Source: Candidatus Dormiibacterota bacterium (GTDB lineage: Bacteria > Chloroflexota > Dormibacteria > CF-121). From it: a DNA stretch of 49,788 bases. Positions 1 to 9,580 of this stretch are shown piece by piece. The notes beneath the pieces were generated by a model that saw only the letters and a program-made list of their open reading frames with translations, was not told where the DNA came from and ran no database searches. Location: assembly GCA_036513555.1 (NCBI GenBank), contig DATBYU010000114.1, positions 1 to 49,788 on the forward strand, read 5' to 3'. A program made the translations under genes and the position numbers. Each line of letters begins with the position of its first letter. Position 1 is the stretch's first letter.

Positions 1-208
1 CCTGGTGCTGCAGACGCTGCGGGCCTCCGATGAAACGAAGAACACACCGGTCGTCGTGATGTCGAACTTCAGCGAGCCGACGCTGATCAAGCGCGCGATC
101 CAGCTCGGGGCCCTGGAGTACGTCATCAAAACGCAGGTGGAGGGTGGCGCGCTACTCAACGCGATGCCGCGTTGGATGAACCGCGAGAAGGCGTTCGCCG
201 CCGCTTAG
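1..208 (+). CDS. Response-regulator receiver domain, C-terminal fragment (gene starts upstream of the window)
   Basis: Translation ...TPVVVMSNFSEPTLIKRAIQLGALEYVIK matches the beta4-alpha4-beta5 part of CheY-like receivers. It is paralogous to the receivers at 13304-13693 and 18793-19221. Confidence 0.7.
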   Translation, partial: LVLQTLRASDETKNTPVVVMSNFSEPTLIKRAIQLGALEYVIKTQVEGGALLNAMPRWMNREKAFAAA

Positions 209-2583
209 TTCCGGACGCGAAGCGTCGCGATCCCCCAGGCCGGCAACGAGATCGTGACCACCCCGGCGGCGACGGCGAGCGACGCCCGAGGAGCGCCGGC
301 GAGCGTCATGGCCGTGACCTCGGCAGGTTGTGGTTGGAGATCGATGGTCGCCTCGTGCGGAGCGTCCGAAGCATTGAGGACTCGTAGGTCGTACCCCTGC
401 CGGTGCGGTAGCAAAGCGGTCATCTGGATGCTATCCGGGGTCAACTCGATGCGGGGGGCAGGGGTGGTGACGGTCGGGCCGCGTCCGGGAACCAGGGGCG
501 TGAGGGTCGACTCGGCCATCCGCCAGACACCCCCACGTTCCCAATCGCCCTTATGGAAGTACAGGCTGTAGCGAAGCCGGTGCCCGCCCATCACCTGCGC
601 GCCGGGCGTTTCCATTTCGGGACCCGCGTGTCCGGTGCGGGTGGTCAAGTCGTCCCGCGACAGCCAGCCGACCGAGCGCAGCAGGGTCAGCGCCAGCTCC
701 TGTGGGTTCCCAGGTAGCACCTCGTACTCGTGCAGGCCGTCGGCGATCAACGCCAGTCCCGTTCGTCCATCGCTGAGATCAACGAACGACCACATGGGGT
801 AAGTAGGCAGCTCGACTTCCGCGGCGCCGGGATCGCGTCGAGCGCCGATGACGGGGCGGCGCGTGACGTGAAAGGGCGTGTCGGCGGCGGACTCGCTGAC
901 GAGAAACGGCATCGGGAAGTGGACTCGGAGCCGATGGTCCGGCGTCCGGTTGATGACCTCCGTCTCGATGTCGAGCCGCGGCGTATCGGCCTCGAGTGAG
1001 AGGGTCAGATGAATCGGCAGCATGGTTTCGCGAGCGCTGCGCGACGCGCGGTCCGGACCCAATCCCTCGAAGACGGCAAGGTCGAAGCGCGCTTCCAGCC
1101 TGGCACGCAGCGGACCGGTTTCGGCCACGGTGCTGCTGAAGTTGCGGACCGGATCGGGGGGCTGGGAATTCAGCGAAGGCGGAGAGAAGTTGTACTCGTC
1201 GCCGGCGTCGCCCTCGTCCACGAGTCGGTGCAGTCCCTCGTAACGCATTCCGGTCTGCCGGTCCACGATGGTGAGGGTCCCGTCCCGTAGAAGCTCGCAG
1301 CTGAGGCGCGCGTTCTCCAGCCGGCGGCCATCGGCGGTCACCGGAACCTGCGGACGTGCCGTGATCAGCCTGGCGACCGAACCGCCCGCGATTTCGGGAG
1401 TAAGGACCAGCGATCCGTCGACTTCCACCAGCCCGTGCCGGGGAAAGAGGCTGGGATTCCAGACCTGGTCCGCGCCGGCGAGGCGGGTCAGACCGCGCTC
1501 GACGACGGCCTCCGCCATATGCAGCGCAGCGATGCTCCGCTGTCGCGAGGCCTCGGCGACGGCATCGATGCCTGAGCCACACGCCGTGTCGTGGGCGGCG
1601 TTTTGCAGCATCAGCGTCCAGGCCTGCTCGAGCACATCCTCCGCCTCGGTCCCGGTCAGCGCGGCGATCGGCTCCGCCAACCGTTCGAGCGTTCGGCTGG
1701 CCGCGAAATGACGCTGCTTGTCGGGCACACGCACGGAAAGCGTCCCCATCAGGACATTCGCCCGCGCCGAGGATCGCAATTCTCCTCGCCACCGCGGCCA
1801 TCCCTCGGCGGGAAGGGTCGCCAGGTAGTCATCGAGGCGCGCGAGCCGAATAATGGTCCCGTTGAGCCGGCCACTGGCACTCCGGATGGCCTGGCTCAGG
1901 GCGGCCTGCGGCAGGACATGGTCGTTGCCGTTCATGAGCAACACGTTTGCCGTCGGACGAAACGGCTCGATCGCCTCCAACGCGGACGCGACCCGTGTCG
2001 CCAGGGCCGCCGGGTCGGTGGGCAGATCGACGCCCTGCGCGTAGGAATTCCCCATGTAGGCCGTCAGAATGCGGCTGCCATCCGGTGCTTCCCAGGAGAA
2101 CGCCACGCGATCGATCTCGAGCGGGACTCCGCGCCAGACGGCGGCATAGCGAAAGCCGAGCTGGTGGTAGAGCTGCGGCATTTGCGCCGCGTGGCCAAAG
2201 GAGTCGGGCAGATACCCGACCCGCATCGAGCCGCCATGCGCCTCAGCCGCGGCAATCCCGCGCTGCAGGTCGCGGAGCAGCGTCTCGCCGCTGACAAGGA
2301 ATTCATCAGGGAGCGTGTACCAGGGCCCCACCTGGATCTGGCCGCGACGAATCGCTCCCTCGAGGCGTTCTTTCGCCTGCGGACGGACCTCCAGATAATC
2401 GTCGATCACGACCGTCTGGCCGTCCATCAAGAATCGGAAATCGGGATCCGCATCGGTCAGCGCGAGCAGCTGGTCCCAGAGCTCGACCAGCTGGGCTCGG
2501 AACGTCTCAAAGGTCGCGTACCATTCGCGGTCCCAGTGGGTATGCGGAACGACGTAGACGGTGGTCGCGCCGCGCTCAGGCAC
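205..2583 (-). CDS. Glycoside hydrolase family 38 (alpha-mannosidase / mannosylglycerate-hydrolase-like)
   Basis: 792-aa ORF. The N-terminus VYVVPHTHWDREWY is the GH38 metal-binding signature, and the length fits bacterial GH38 enzymes. Confidence 0.85.
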   Translation of the reverse strand: MPERGATTVYVVPHTHWDREWYATFETFRAQLVELWDQLLALTDADPDFRFLMDGQTVVIDDYLEVRPQAKERLEGAIRRGQIQVGPWYTLPDEFLVSGETLLRDLQRGIAAAEAHGGSMRVGYLPDSFGHAAQMPQLYHQLGFRYAAVWRGVPLEIDRVAFSWEAPDGSRILTAYMGNSYAQGVDLPTDPAALATRVASALEAIEPFRPTANVLLMNGNDHVLPQAALSQAIRSASGRLNGTIIRLARLDDYLATLPAEGWPRWRGELRSSARANVLMGTLSVRVPDKQRHFAASRTLERLAEPIAALTGTEAEDVLEQAWTLMLQNAAHDTACGSGIDAVAEASRQRSIAALHMAEAVVERGLTRLAGADQVWNPSLFPRHGLVEVDGSLVLTPEIAGGSVARLITARPQVPVTADGRRLENARLSCELLRDGTLTIVDRQTGMRYEGLHRLVDEGDAGDEYNFSPPSLNSQPPDPVRNFSSTVAETGPLRARLEARFDLAVFEGLGPDRASRSARETMLPIHLTLSLEADTPRLDIETEVINRTPDHRLRVHFPMPFLVSESAADTPFHVTRRPVIGARRDPGAAEVELPTYPMWSFVDLSDGRTGLALIADGLHEYEVLPGNPQELALTLLRSVGWLSRDDLTTRTGHAGPEMETPGAQVMGGHRLRYSLYFHKGDWERGGVWRMAESTLTPLVPGRGPTVTTPAPRIELTPDSIQMTALLPHRQGYDLRVLNASDAPHEATIDLQPQPAEVTAMTLAGAPRASLAVAAGVVTISLPAWGIATLRVRN

Positions 2584-2671
2584 AGCTAATTGTGCCTCGG
2601 GCCCCGCCGGCCCACGCGAGCCGCGCTTTAGTGCGATGCGAGCGTTTGAGGCGTTCCTTCCTTTGGAGCGA

Positions 2672-4237
2672 TCAGCCGATCATGTGCCATTTTTCGGAGC
2701 CGATCACGTGGACCCAGGTCAGCCCGTTGTCAAGGTCGATCGGGTTGCCGGCGGCATCCAGGTAGACTGCCGGCACATTTGGATCCGGGTGATGCCAGGT
2801 GGCGTGGACCACGACGCCATCGACAAAAATGTCCGCCTTTCCGTCACCGGTGAGCTCGTAGGCCTCGGTGAAGTAGCCGTGGAAACTGTTCGCCGGGTTG
2901 GTGTCGAGATACGAATTGACGTATTGCACGATGACGGTCTTGGCATGCACGCGGCCCGTGCCGACGTTGTTGAAAGCCGCACCGTCCTGCGTTTTGAAGT
3001 ACTGTTTCGATGCCGCGTCGTAGTGCCAGACGGCCCCGTGATCGGGCACATTGACCGTGGGTGCCGCATCGCCGGTAAAGGTCGCATCCGGATGCTTGGG
3101 AGCGATGTCATAGACCAGGGCGGGCAGGTTCTGCTGCGCGGTGAAGGCGGTTGCGTTGTTGCCATGCATCATCACGTTGTGGGGCGCGTAGCGGGTGTTG
3201 TTGTCGCGATAGAAGACGTTGCCCGCGCCGTGGCTGTAGTCGTTGACCAGGTTCGGATGCTGCCAGGTCAGCCCAAGGATGTAATCGTTGGCGCCTGAGC
3301 AGTAGATCATGCCCTTGAACATGATCACCAGGCGGATGGTGATCAGCCGGCAGCTGCGGACCGGCCCAACGAGGTCAGGAAGGGGATGCCAGTAAATGAC
3401 GCTGAGTCGTGGGATCGACCCCTCGCTGATGTACTCGTAGACCATATCGGCTTGCTGCATCCCGGCCTGCGGACGGGCATCGATGCTGTTCTCGATCTGG
3501 ATGATGGTCGGGGCCCCCGAGCCGATCCGGCCGGGGTCGCCCTGTGACGGCACTTCGATGACAGTGGTGAACGTCAGCTTCCAGTCGGCCGCCAGCGGGT
3601 CCTGCTTGCGGTTGACCGCAGTTTGCGGGATCGACAGCTGGTACTGGTGGCTGTGCCCGAGCTTGAGGCCCAGGCTTGCGCTCTTGCCGTCGCTCGCCCA
3701 CGTAATGGGCTTGTCGTAGGGCTTGCCGTTCAGCGAGATCGCCGTTTTGGCGCCGTCCATCGGCTGGGAGAAATTGATCGTGACGTCGCCGGCCGGCTTC
3801 ACCGCCTGCTGGCCGTCGACGACCGCCTTGCTGTTAACCATGACGGCAGCAATCGCCGGCGCGGGCTCGGTTTTGAAGCTGAACCCGTTGGTGACGCCAC
3901 GCCCGGACGTGTTTTTCGCGTCCTTGATGCTGACGTGATACGCGGTGTTCGGCGCCATGTGCGGCCGAAACTGGAATTCCCTCGGGCTGACGGCCTTGAA
4001 GGCGACCAGCACCGAAGGGCTGAGGCTGAAGGCATGCTGCACGGAGTCGGCCTTCATGTCCTGGTTGAAGTGAAGGTCGATGGTGGCCGTTCGGGGAACC
4101 GCCTGGTCACCGTCGTTGACGTTAGCGCTGACCTCGAGCGGCGTGGTGATGATGCGAATCACGATGGCGGCCGCCACCACGAGGATGGCGACTGGGGCCA
4201 GCCACCAGCGTTCGCGAAGTGTTTGCGTCCAGGTCAT
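2672..4237 (-). CDS. Membrane-anchored DUF3048 (YerB-like) protein with N-terminal Ig-like domains
   Basis: Has an N-terminal TM helix. The core IQIENSIDARPQAGMQQADMVYEYISEGSIPRLSVIYWH resembles the DUF3048 signature. Paralog of 4234-5829. Confidence 0.8.
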   Translation of the reverse strand: MTWTQTLRERWWLAPVAILVVAAAIVIRIITTPLEVSANVNDGDQAVPRTATIDLHFNQDMKADSVQHAFSLSPSVLVAFKAVSPREFQFRPHMAPNTAYHVSIKDAKNTSGRGVTNGFSFKTEPAPAIAAVMVNSKAVVDGQQAVKPAGDVTINFSQPMDGAKTAISLNGKPYDKPITWASDGKSASLGLKLGHSHQYQLSIPQTAVNRKQDPLAADWKLTFTTVIEVPSQGDPGRIGSGAPTIIQIENSIDARPQAGMQQADMVYEYISEGSIPRLSVIYWHPLPDLVGPVRSCRLITIRLVIMFKGMIYCSGANDYILGLTWQHPNLVNDYSHGAGNVFYRDNNTRYAPHNVMMHGNNATAFTAQQNLPALVYDIAPKHPDATFTGDAAPTVNVPDHGAVWHYDAASKQYFKTQDGAAFNNVGTGRVHAKTVIVQYVNSYLDTNPANSFHGYFTEAYELTGDGKADIFVDGVVVHATWHHPDPNVPAVYLDAAGNPIDLDNGLTWVHVIGSEKWHMIG

Positions 4238-5829
4238 TGATCACTCCCTATAACGTGAACCCAGGTCAGCCCGGTGTTCAAATCCACCGGGTTGCCGCCG
4301 GCATCGTAGTAGACAACGGGTAAGTCGGGATTGGGATGTTTCCACGTGACGTGGATCATGCCGCCGTCGGAGTAGATGTCGGCGTAACCGTCCCCGCCGA
4401 GCTCGTAGTACTCGGTGTTGTAGGTGTGATGTACGCCGGTGTTCGCGGGGTTGGTGTCGGGGCGTGAAATCACGCGCTCGATAATCAGGTTTTTGGCATG
4501 GACCTGGCCGGTGCCGACGTTGGTGAACGGCGCTCCGTCCTGCCACTTGAGGTACTCACGCGAGTTGGGATCATAACGCCAAACGGCCCCGTGCTGCGGG
4601 ATCGTGACGCTGGTCGCCGGCGTGGCGCCCGGCAGCGGAACGTCCGGGTGGGCGGGTGCGATGTCGTAGTTAAGGGCGCCCAGGTTGGCCTGCGCGGTGT
4701 GGGCGGTGATCTTGTCGGGGCGGGCGATCACGTTGTGGGGGGCATAGCGATCCGCGGCCCGGTACATGTAGTCGTACATGTAGTTGTAGTCGTAGACCAC
4801 GTTCGGCCATTTCCACACCTGGCCCAGGACGTAGTCGTTCGCGCCGGAGCAATAGATCATGCCGCGGTACATCTGCTCGAGCGCGACCGTAATCAGGCGG
4901 CAGCTTCGCACCGGGCCGAGCAGGCTCGACGGTGGATGCCAGTAGATGGCTGACAACCGCGGGATGCCAAACTCGCTGATGTACTCGTAGATCATGTCGG
5001 CCTGCTGCATGCCGGTCTGTGGCCGCACCGTCGGCTGTGAGCTGTTTTCTATCTGGATGATGATCGGAGCTCCCGAGGCCCCGATCCGCACCGTGGATCC
5101 CGCTGAAGGAACCTGAACCACAGTTGCAAAGCTCAGCGTCCAATCGGCGATCGCGAGATCGTGCCTGCGGTTTTCCGCGGTCTTTGGGACCAGCAGCGTG
5201 TGGGTACGGCTGTGGGTGAGTGTCAGGGCGAGCGTGGCGCTCTGGCCAGTCTTGTCCCAGGTGATGCCCTTGGCATCGAGCGCCGTTCCGTCGAGAAGGA
5301 TGGGCGTGCGCAGGCTGTCCATCGGCTGGGAGAAGGTGAGCTTGAGGTTGCCTCGCAGCGGCACGGCTGGCTGGCCGTCGGTAAGCGCGCCGTCATTGAA
5401 GGTGGCGCTGGCGACTTTGGGCGCCGGCTCGGTATGGAACGCCATCGCATAATCCTGGCTCCCAAACCCGACGCTCTTGCGGGCGCCGATCACCTGGATG
5501 CGGTAAGCGGTATCGGGCTGCAACCAGGGATGGAACTCGAAGGTTCGGGGATTCTTGACCACGACGGTGAAAGGGGATAGTGGCGCGATGCGGAAGCCGT
5601 TCTCTACCGAGGCGACATCCATGTCCTGGTTGAATGCCAGGATGACGGCCGAGCTCCGGACGACGGCATGATCGCCGTCGGCAACGCTGGCGCTGACTGC
5701 CAGTGGCGCGGTGAGCGCGCGCAGCGCCAGCCCTGCGGCGGCCAGCAGGAGGACGATGGGGAAAATCCACCAGCGGCGACGCAGCGCCGCGGCAAGCCCG
5801 CTACCGCGGGTCGTGGTTTGACGCATCAA
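4234..5829 (-). CDS. Membrane-anchored DUF3048 (YerB-like) protein, tandem paralog
   Basis: Same architecture and the same conserved block (IQIENSSQPTVRPQTGMQQADMIYEYISEFGIPRLSAIYWH). Its TGA overlaps the ATG of the downstream paralog (ATGA at 4234-4237). Confidence 0.8.
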   Translation of the reverse strand: MMRQTTTRGSGLAAALRRRWWIFPIVLLLAAAGLALRALTAPLAVSASVADGDHAVVRSSAVILAFNQDMDVASVENGFRIAPLSPFTVVVKNPRTFEFHPWLQPDTAYRIQVIGARKSVGFGSQDYAMAFHTEPAPKVASATFNDGALTDGQPAVPLRGNLKLTFSQPMDSLRTPILLDGTALDAKGITWDKTGQSATLALTLTHSRTHTLLVPKTAENRRHDLAIADWTLSFATVVQVPSAGSTVRIGASGAPIIIQIENSSQPTVRPQTGMQQADMIYEYISEFGIPRLSAIYWHPPSSLLGPVRSCRLITVALEQMYRGMIYCSGANDYVLGQVWKWPNVVYDYNYMYDYMYRAADRYAPHNVIARPDKITAHTAQANLGALNYDIAPAHPDVPLPGATPATSVTIPQHGAVWRYDPNSREYLKWQDGAPFTNVGTGQVHAKNLIIERVISRPDTNPANTGVHHTYNTEYYELGGDGYADIYSDGGMIHVTWKHPNPDLPVVYYDAGGNPVDLNTGLTWVHVIGSDQ

Positions 5830-5967
5830 GGGATCCTCAGCAGGGTACTCCGACCGGCCGCACAGGCTATTTCAGGCACATGCCGCATTCAACTGCAACG
5901 GCTGTCCGGCTTATTGAGCGCCGTGCCTTACGGTTTTCTTGCCGGCTGGATCCCCCCCGCGTCTAGA

Positions 5968-6279
5968 TTACGCCACCATTAGCCGGGGCAGGAGGAGTTG
6001 CTGGACATCGAAAAGGACGTCCAGAACCCGCACCGGGTCACGTGTGACGTTGCGGTTGAGCGCGCGCAGCAGTTTCCGGCTCAGCGGGCGCACGAACTGG
6101 GTGATCTCGTCCATCAGCGGTGCCGGCACGACACCCCGCCGATTCTCGATGATGTCTTCGACCGAGAGCAGAAAATCGTCAGCGCGGCGGACATCGGCGC
6201 GCCGCTTCAGCTCCTGGTTCCGCCGGTCGGCCGCCGCCTCGAACTCGCGATGAATCTCCTCGATGGCGTCGCTTAACAT
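5968..6279 (-). CDS. Hypothetical protein (103 aa)
   Basis: ATG at 6279 is preceded by AAGGGAG at appropriate spacing. The protein is helical and charged. I recognise no family. Confidence 0.5.
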   Translation of the reverse strand: MLSDAIEEIHREFEAAADRRNQELKRRADVRRADDFLLSVEDIIENRRGVVPAPLMDEITQFVRPLSRKLLRALNRNVTRDPVRVLDVLFDVQQLLLPRLMVA

Positions 6280-6437
6280 TGAATCGCTCCCTTCACTAAC
6301 CCCGATTACACCCAATTCACCGACGCATGAAAATTGATACGCACACTGTTACATAGTCGGCACTAGCTGTCAAGCACTTTCGCAATAGCCGGCCCCGGTG
6401 TGGGAAGGCCGGCGTGTAAAGTCCTGAACTCAGGCAA

Positions 6438-6785
6438 TCAGGCGATCAGGCCGTCTCCGGAGACTTCCTGTAGCGAGTCGAGCTCGCGGACCTGGTTGAG
6501 ATCGAGGCCCTGGTCGCCAAGTCTCTGGATCAACTGGAGGACGTACTTGACGCCGGCCAGGTTCACGCCTTTCTGGCGGGTGAGAAACTGGATGACGCGC
6601 ACGCGACGAATGTCGTCCTCGGAGTACCGGCGGCGGTTGGTCGCCGTCCGCTGCGGCTTGATAAGGCTCTCGCTCTCATAGATCATCAAGGTACGCGGAT
6701 GGAGGTTCAGAATCTCGCTCGCAATACTGGGCGTGAAGACCGCCCGTCCAGGAGCGATCGCTGGCATTCGCTTCCGCTTTCCCAT
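6438..6785 (-). CDS. HspR-like MerR-family transcriptional regulator (paralog 1)
   Basis: The core IASEILNLHPRTLMIYESESLIKPQRTATNRRRYSEDDIRRVRVIQFLTRQKGVNLAGVKYVL is the MerR HTH of the HspR type. ATG at 6785 is preceded by GGGTGAGGGA. Divergent from otsA. Confidence 0.8.
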   Translation of the reverse strand: MGKRKRMPAIAPGRAVFTPSIASEILNLHPRTLMIYESESLIKPQRTATNRRRYSEDDIRRVRVIQFLTRQKGVNLAGVKYVLQLIQRLGDQGLDLNQVRELDSLQEVSGDGLIA

Positions 6786-6930
6786 GTCCCTCACCCCTAA
6801 GACGGGACACCCATCCATCCCGCATGGCGGTAATTTTACAGCCACGATATCACATATTGGTCTGGGGCGCAACCTTGGCCGGAAGCTGAGAACTGGCCCG
6901 GGGGGGCCCGCGTAGAGTTAGAAGCAGGCC

Positions 6931-8493
6931 ATGCTGGCGATCGAGCAATATACCCGCCGCCTCCTCAAGGACTTCCACCCCATCGTGGCGGCCAACCGTC
7001 CGCCGGTGGACGTGGCGCACGATCCGGCCGATCGAACGCGATTCGTTCGCGGCGCCGGCGGGCTGGTGACCGGCCTGTCGGGGCTGGCGCTGGCGACGGG
7101 AGCGGTGTGGGTCGCCTCCATTCGGGACGGGCTGGAAGGGGAACTCGAACTCGACGGCGGCGGCGAACCCATGATGGTCGAAACCACCGACGGCTCACGC
7201 TTCCAGGTGAGCTGGGTCAATGCCCCACGCCTGACCTACGACCTTTACTACAACACGATTGCCAACCCGCTGCTCTGGTTTGTTCAGCACTACCTCTGGA
7301 ACCTGGCCGAGGCCCCCGTGCTCGACGACAGTACCCACCTCGCCTGGAACGAGGGGTACCGTCGGGTCAACCAGCTCTTCGCCCAACAGGTCATCCGTGA
7401 GGCACGCCGTGGCCGCAAGCGCCCGCTGGTCCTCTCGCACGATTACCACCTCTACCTGGTTCCCCGACTCGTCCGTCGCGAGCTTCCCGATGCGGTCCTT
7501 CAGCACTTCGTCCATATTCCGTGGCCGACTCCGCAGTACTGGAAAGTCTTGCCGAGCTACATGCGCGAGGAGATCATGGACGGCTTACTCGCAGCCGACA
7601 TCATCGGTCTGCAGACCCACTCGGATGTGCGCAACTTCTTGCTGACCTGTGAGGAGAACATGGGGTTGCCCGTCGACTTTCGCCAGCAGACCGCCTTCTA
7701 CCGCGGCCGCACCATCTGGGTCCGGCGCTACCCGATCTCGATTGATGTTCGGGAGTTCGAACGCACCGCAGCCAGTCCGGCCGTGGAGCGGGCAGAGCGT
7801 GAGATCTTGCGCTGGCGACCGGAGCAGCTGATCTACCGCGTCGACCGCATGGATCTCTCGAAGAACATCATCCGCGGCTTCTTCGGCTATGAGCGGCTCC
7901 TGCACGCGCATCCGGAGTGGCGGGGCCGCGTCGTCTTCTGGGCGCTCCTGCAGAAGACGCGGCAGGATGTCCCGCAGTATCGCGAGTATGCCCGGCAGGT
8001 GGTCCAGGTGGCCAGGGTGATCAATCAGAGGCTCGGGTCCGATTCATGGCAGCCGATTCGTCTCGAACTGCGCGACGACATGAATCGGGCGGTTGCGGGC
8101 TACAAGCAGTTCGACGTGCTGCTGGTGAATCCCATCTACGACGGCATGAACCTGGTTGCCAAGGAAGGAATCACGGTCAACCAACGGGGCGGCGCACTCG
8201 TCCTATCGGAGAATGCCGGGACCCACGAAGAGCTCGGAGAGTGGGCGATCACCATCAATCCCTTCGACGTCGACGCCACGGCGCAGGCGCTGCACCGCGC
8301 ACTGCTGATGGACCCGGTCGAACGTCACGCGCGCGCCGAGAAGATGCGTGCGGTCGTGCAGCAGAACGATGTGGCTCGTTGGATCTCCGCGCAGTTGCAG
8401 GACATCCGCGATCTGGTGGAGCCCTCCGCCGCTCGCCGGTCCGAGGTCGGGCTCGACGAACCGCTGCCGCTCGAGCGTGAGGTTATCCGTTAG
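6931..8493 (+). CDS. otsA: Trehalose-6-phosphate synthase (GT20)
   Basis: 520 aa with GT20 hallmarks: NPLLWFVQHYLWN and VNPIYDGMNLVAKE. Confidence 0.9.
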   Translation: MLAIEQYTRRLLKDFHPIVAANRPPVDVAHDPADRTRFVRGAGGLVTGLSGLALATGAVWVASIRDGLEGELELDGGGEPMMVETTDGSRFQVSWVNAPRLTYDLYYNTIANPLLWFVQHYLWNLAEAPVLDDSTHLAWNEGYRRVNQLFAQQVIREARRGRKRPLVLSHDYHLYLVPRLVRRELPDAVLQHFVHIPWPTPQYWKVLPSYMREEIMDGLLAADIIGLQTHSDVRNFLLTCEENMGLPVDFRQQTAFYRGRTIWVRRYPISIDVREFERTAASPAVERAEREILRWRPEQLIYRVDRMDLSKNIIRGFFGYERLLHAHPEWRGRVVFWALLQKTRQDVPQYREYARQVVQVARVINQRLGSDSWQPIRLELRDDMNRAVAGYKQFDVLLVNPIYDGMNLVAKEGITVNQRGGALVLSENAGTHEELGEWAITINPFDVDATAQALHRALLMDPVERHARAEKMRAVVQQNDVARWISAQLQDIRDLVEPSAARRSEVGLDEPLPLEREVIR

Positions 8494-9281
8494 GCGTTTG
8501 CGCAGACGTCGAGCAGTTGGGTGAGGAGATGGGTCACGCCCGGCACCCCATCCACCATCAGGTCGCAGTCGACGAACAGGTCGTCCGCGACCTCAGCTGA
8601 GCGCACGCCCACGGCCACGGTTCTGCGGCCGGCCATGCCCTTGAGGGCAGAAAACGCACTGGCATCCGTGCGGTCGTCGCCGGCATAGACGAGGCCCGCC
8701 GGCTGCAGGGCGACCGCCAGCCGGCGCAGGACCTCGCCCTTGTCAATCTCGATCGGCGGTCGGAGCTCCCACAGCAGTCGTCCGGGTTGGAGCTGCAGTT
8801 GCTCGTGACGCGCGATCTGTTGCATGGCCGGCTGCAGCGCCGCTTCGGACGCGGATGGATCCGAGGCCTGCCGAAAATGGACGCTGATCGCCGCCCGCTT
8901 GCGTTCGATTACGATGCCGGCCGCGCGGGCCTGGGGAAGCGCCGCCACCGCATCGGCGGCGCGCCGCAGTCGTTTCAGATATGGCTGCGCCTCAGCAACG
9001 ACGCGCGAGGCGCCATCCTGTCGCTCCTCTAGCCCGTGGTTACCAATGAAGAGGGCGTGAGGTAGCGGTAATCGGCTGACCAGGAAATCCGTGTCGCGGC
9101 CGCTGATGATGACGACCCGTTGCAGGCACTGGCTGAGCTCGCTGAGGAGCGTGACCGCGTGTGGATCGGGAGCCGCTTGCTCCGGGTCCGGCACGATGGG
9201 CGCCAGGGTCCCGTCGAAGTCGAGGCCGAGCAGGATGCGCGAGGCGGGAACGCCGAGGAGACGCTCGCGGAGTGAGGTCAG
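8490..9281 (-). CDS. otsB: Trehalose-6-phosphate phosphatase (HAD)
   Basis: Contains HAD motifs IISGRD and YAGDDRTD. The catalytic motif I, LGLDFDGTL, lies upstream of the first ATG/GTG/TTG at 9194. I therefore extend the CDS to the in-frame CTG at 9281, which overlaps the upstream gene's TGA. The start is uncertain. Confidence 0.75.
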   Translation of the reverse strand: MTSLRERLLGVPASRILLGLDFDGTLAPIVPDPEQAAPDPHAVTLLSELSQCLQRVVIISGRDTDFLVSRLPLPHALFIGNHGLEERQDGASRVVAEAQPYLKRLRRAADAVAALPQARAAGIVIERKRAAISVHFRQASDPSASEAALQPAMQQIARHEQLQLQPGRLLWELRPPIEIDKGEVLRRLAVALQPAGLVYAGDDRTDASAFSALKGMAGRRTVAVGVRSAEVADDLFVDCDLMVDGVPGVTHLLTQLLDVCANA

Positions 9282-9580
9282 GCCCAGAGATGGCGGGCGC
9301 CGGCGAGCTCCGGAAACTCCGTCTCCGGGATCTGGAGCCGGCTCTGGACGGCCGCCTCCATCAGGGAGAAGATCACCTTGACGCCGGCGAGATTGATGCC
9401 GTGCACCGTGGTGAGCTCGCGGATCAGCCGGATCCGCTCGATGTCCCGGCGGGAGTAGCGGCGGCGCTGGGTCGGCGTCCGTTCAGGCGCGATCAGGTTC
9501 TCACTCTCGTAGACGAAGAGTGTCCGCGGCTCGATGTCGAACATATCGGAGACTTCGCTGGACTTATGCGGCATTGTCAC
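9278..9580 (-). CDS. HspR-like MerR-family transcriptional regulator (paralog 2, most divergent)
   Basis: RTLFVYESENLIAPERTPTQRRRYSRRDIERIRLIRELTTVHGINLAGVKVIF. GGAGGG lies 6 nt before the GTG at 9580. It sits directly upstream of otsB. Confidence 0.8.
   Translation of the reverse strand: MTMPHKSSEVSDMFDIEPRTLFVYESENLIAPERTPTQRRRYSRRDIERIRLIRELTTVHGINLAGVKVIFSLMEAAVQSRLQIPETEFPELAGARHLWA

Noticed and set aside
779-2589. Long ORFs overlapping the GH38 gene (779-1801 minus, 1591-2589 plus, and several shorter ones)
   Set aside because: Their translations are Arg/Pro/Gly/Ala-rich with no recognisable domain. The GH38 frame carries family signatures. This is the typical stop-codon-poor shadow ORF pattern of GC-rich DNA.
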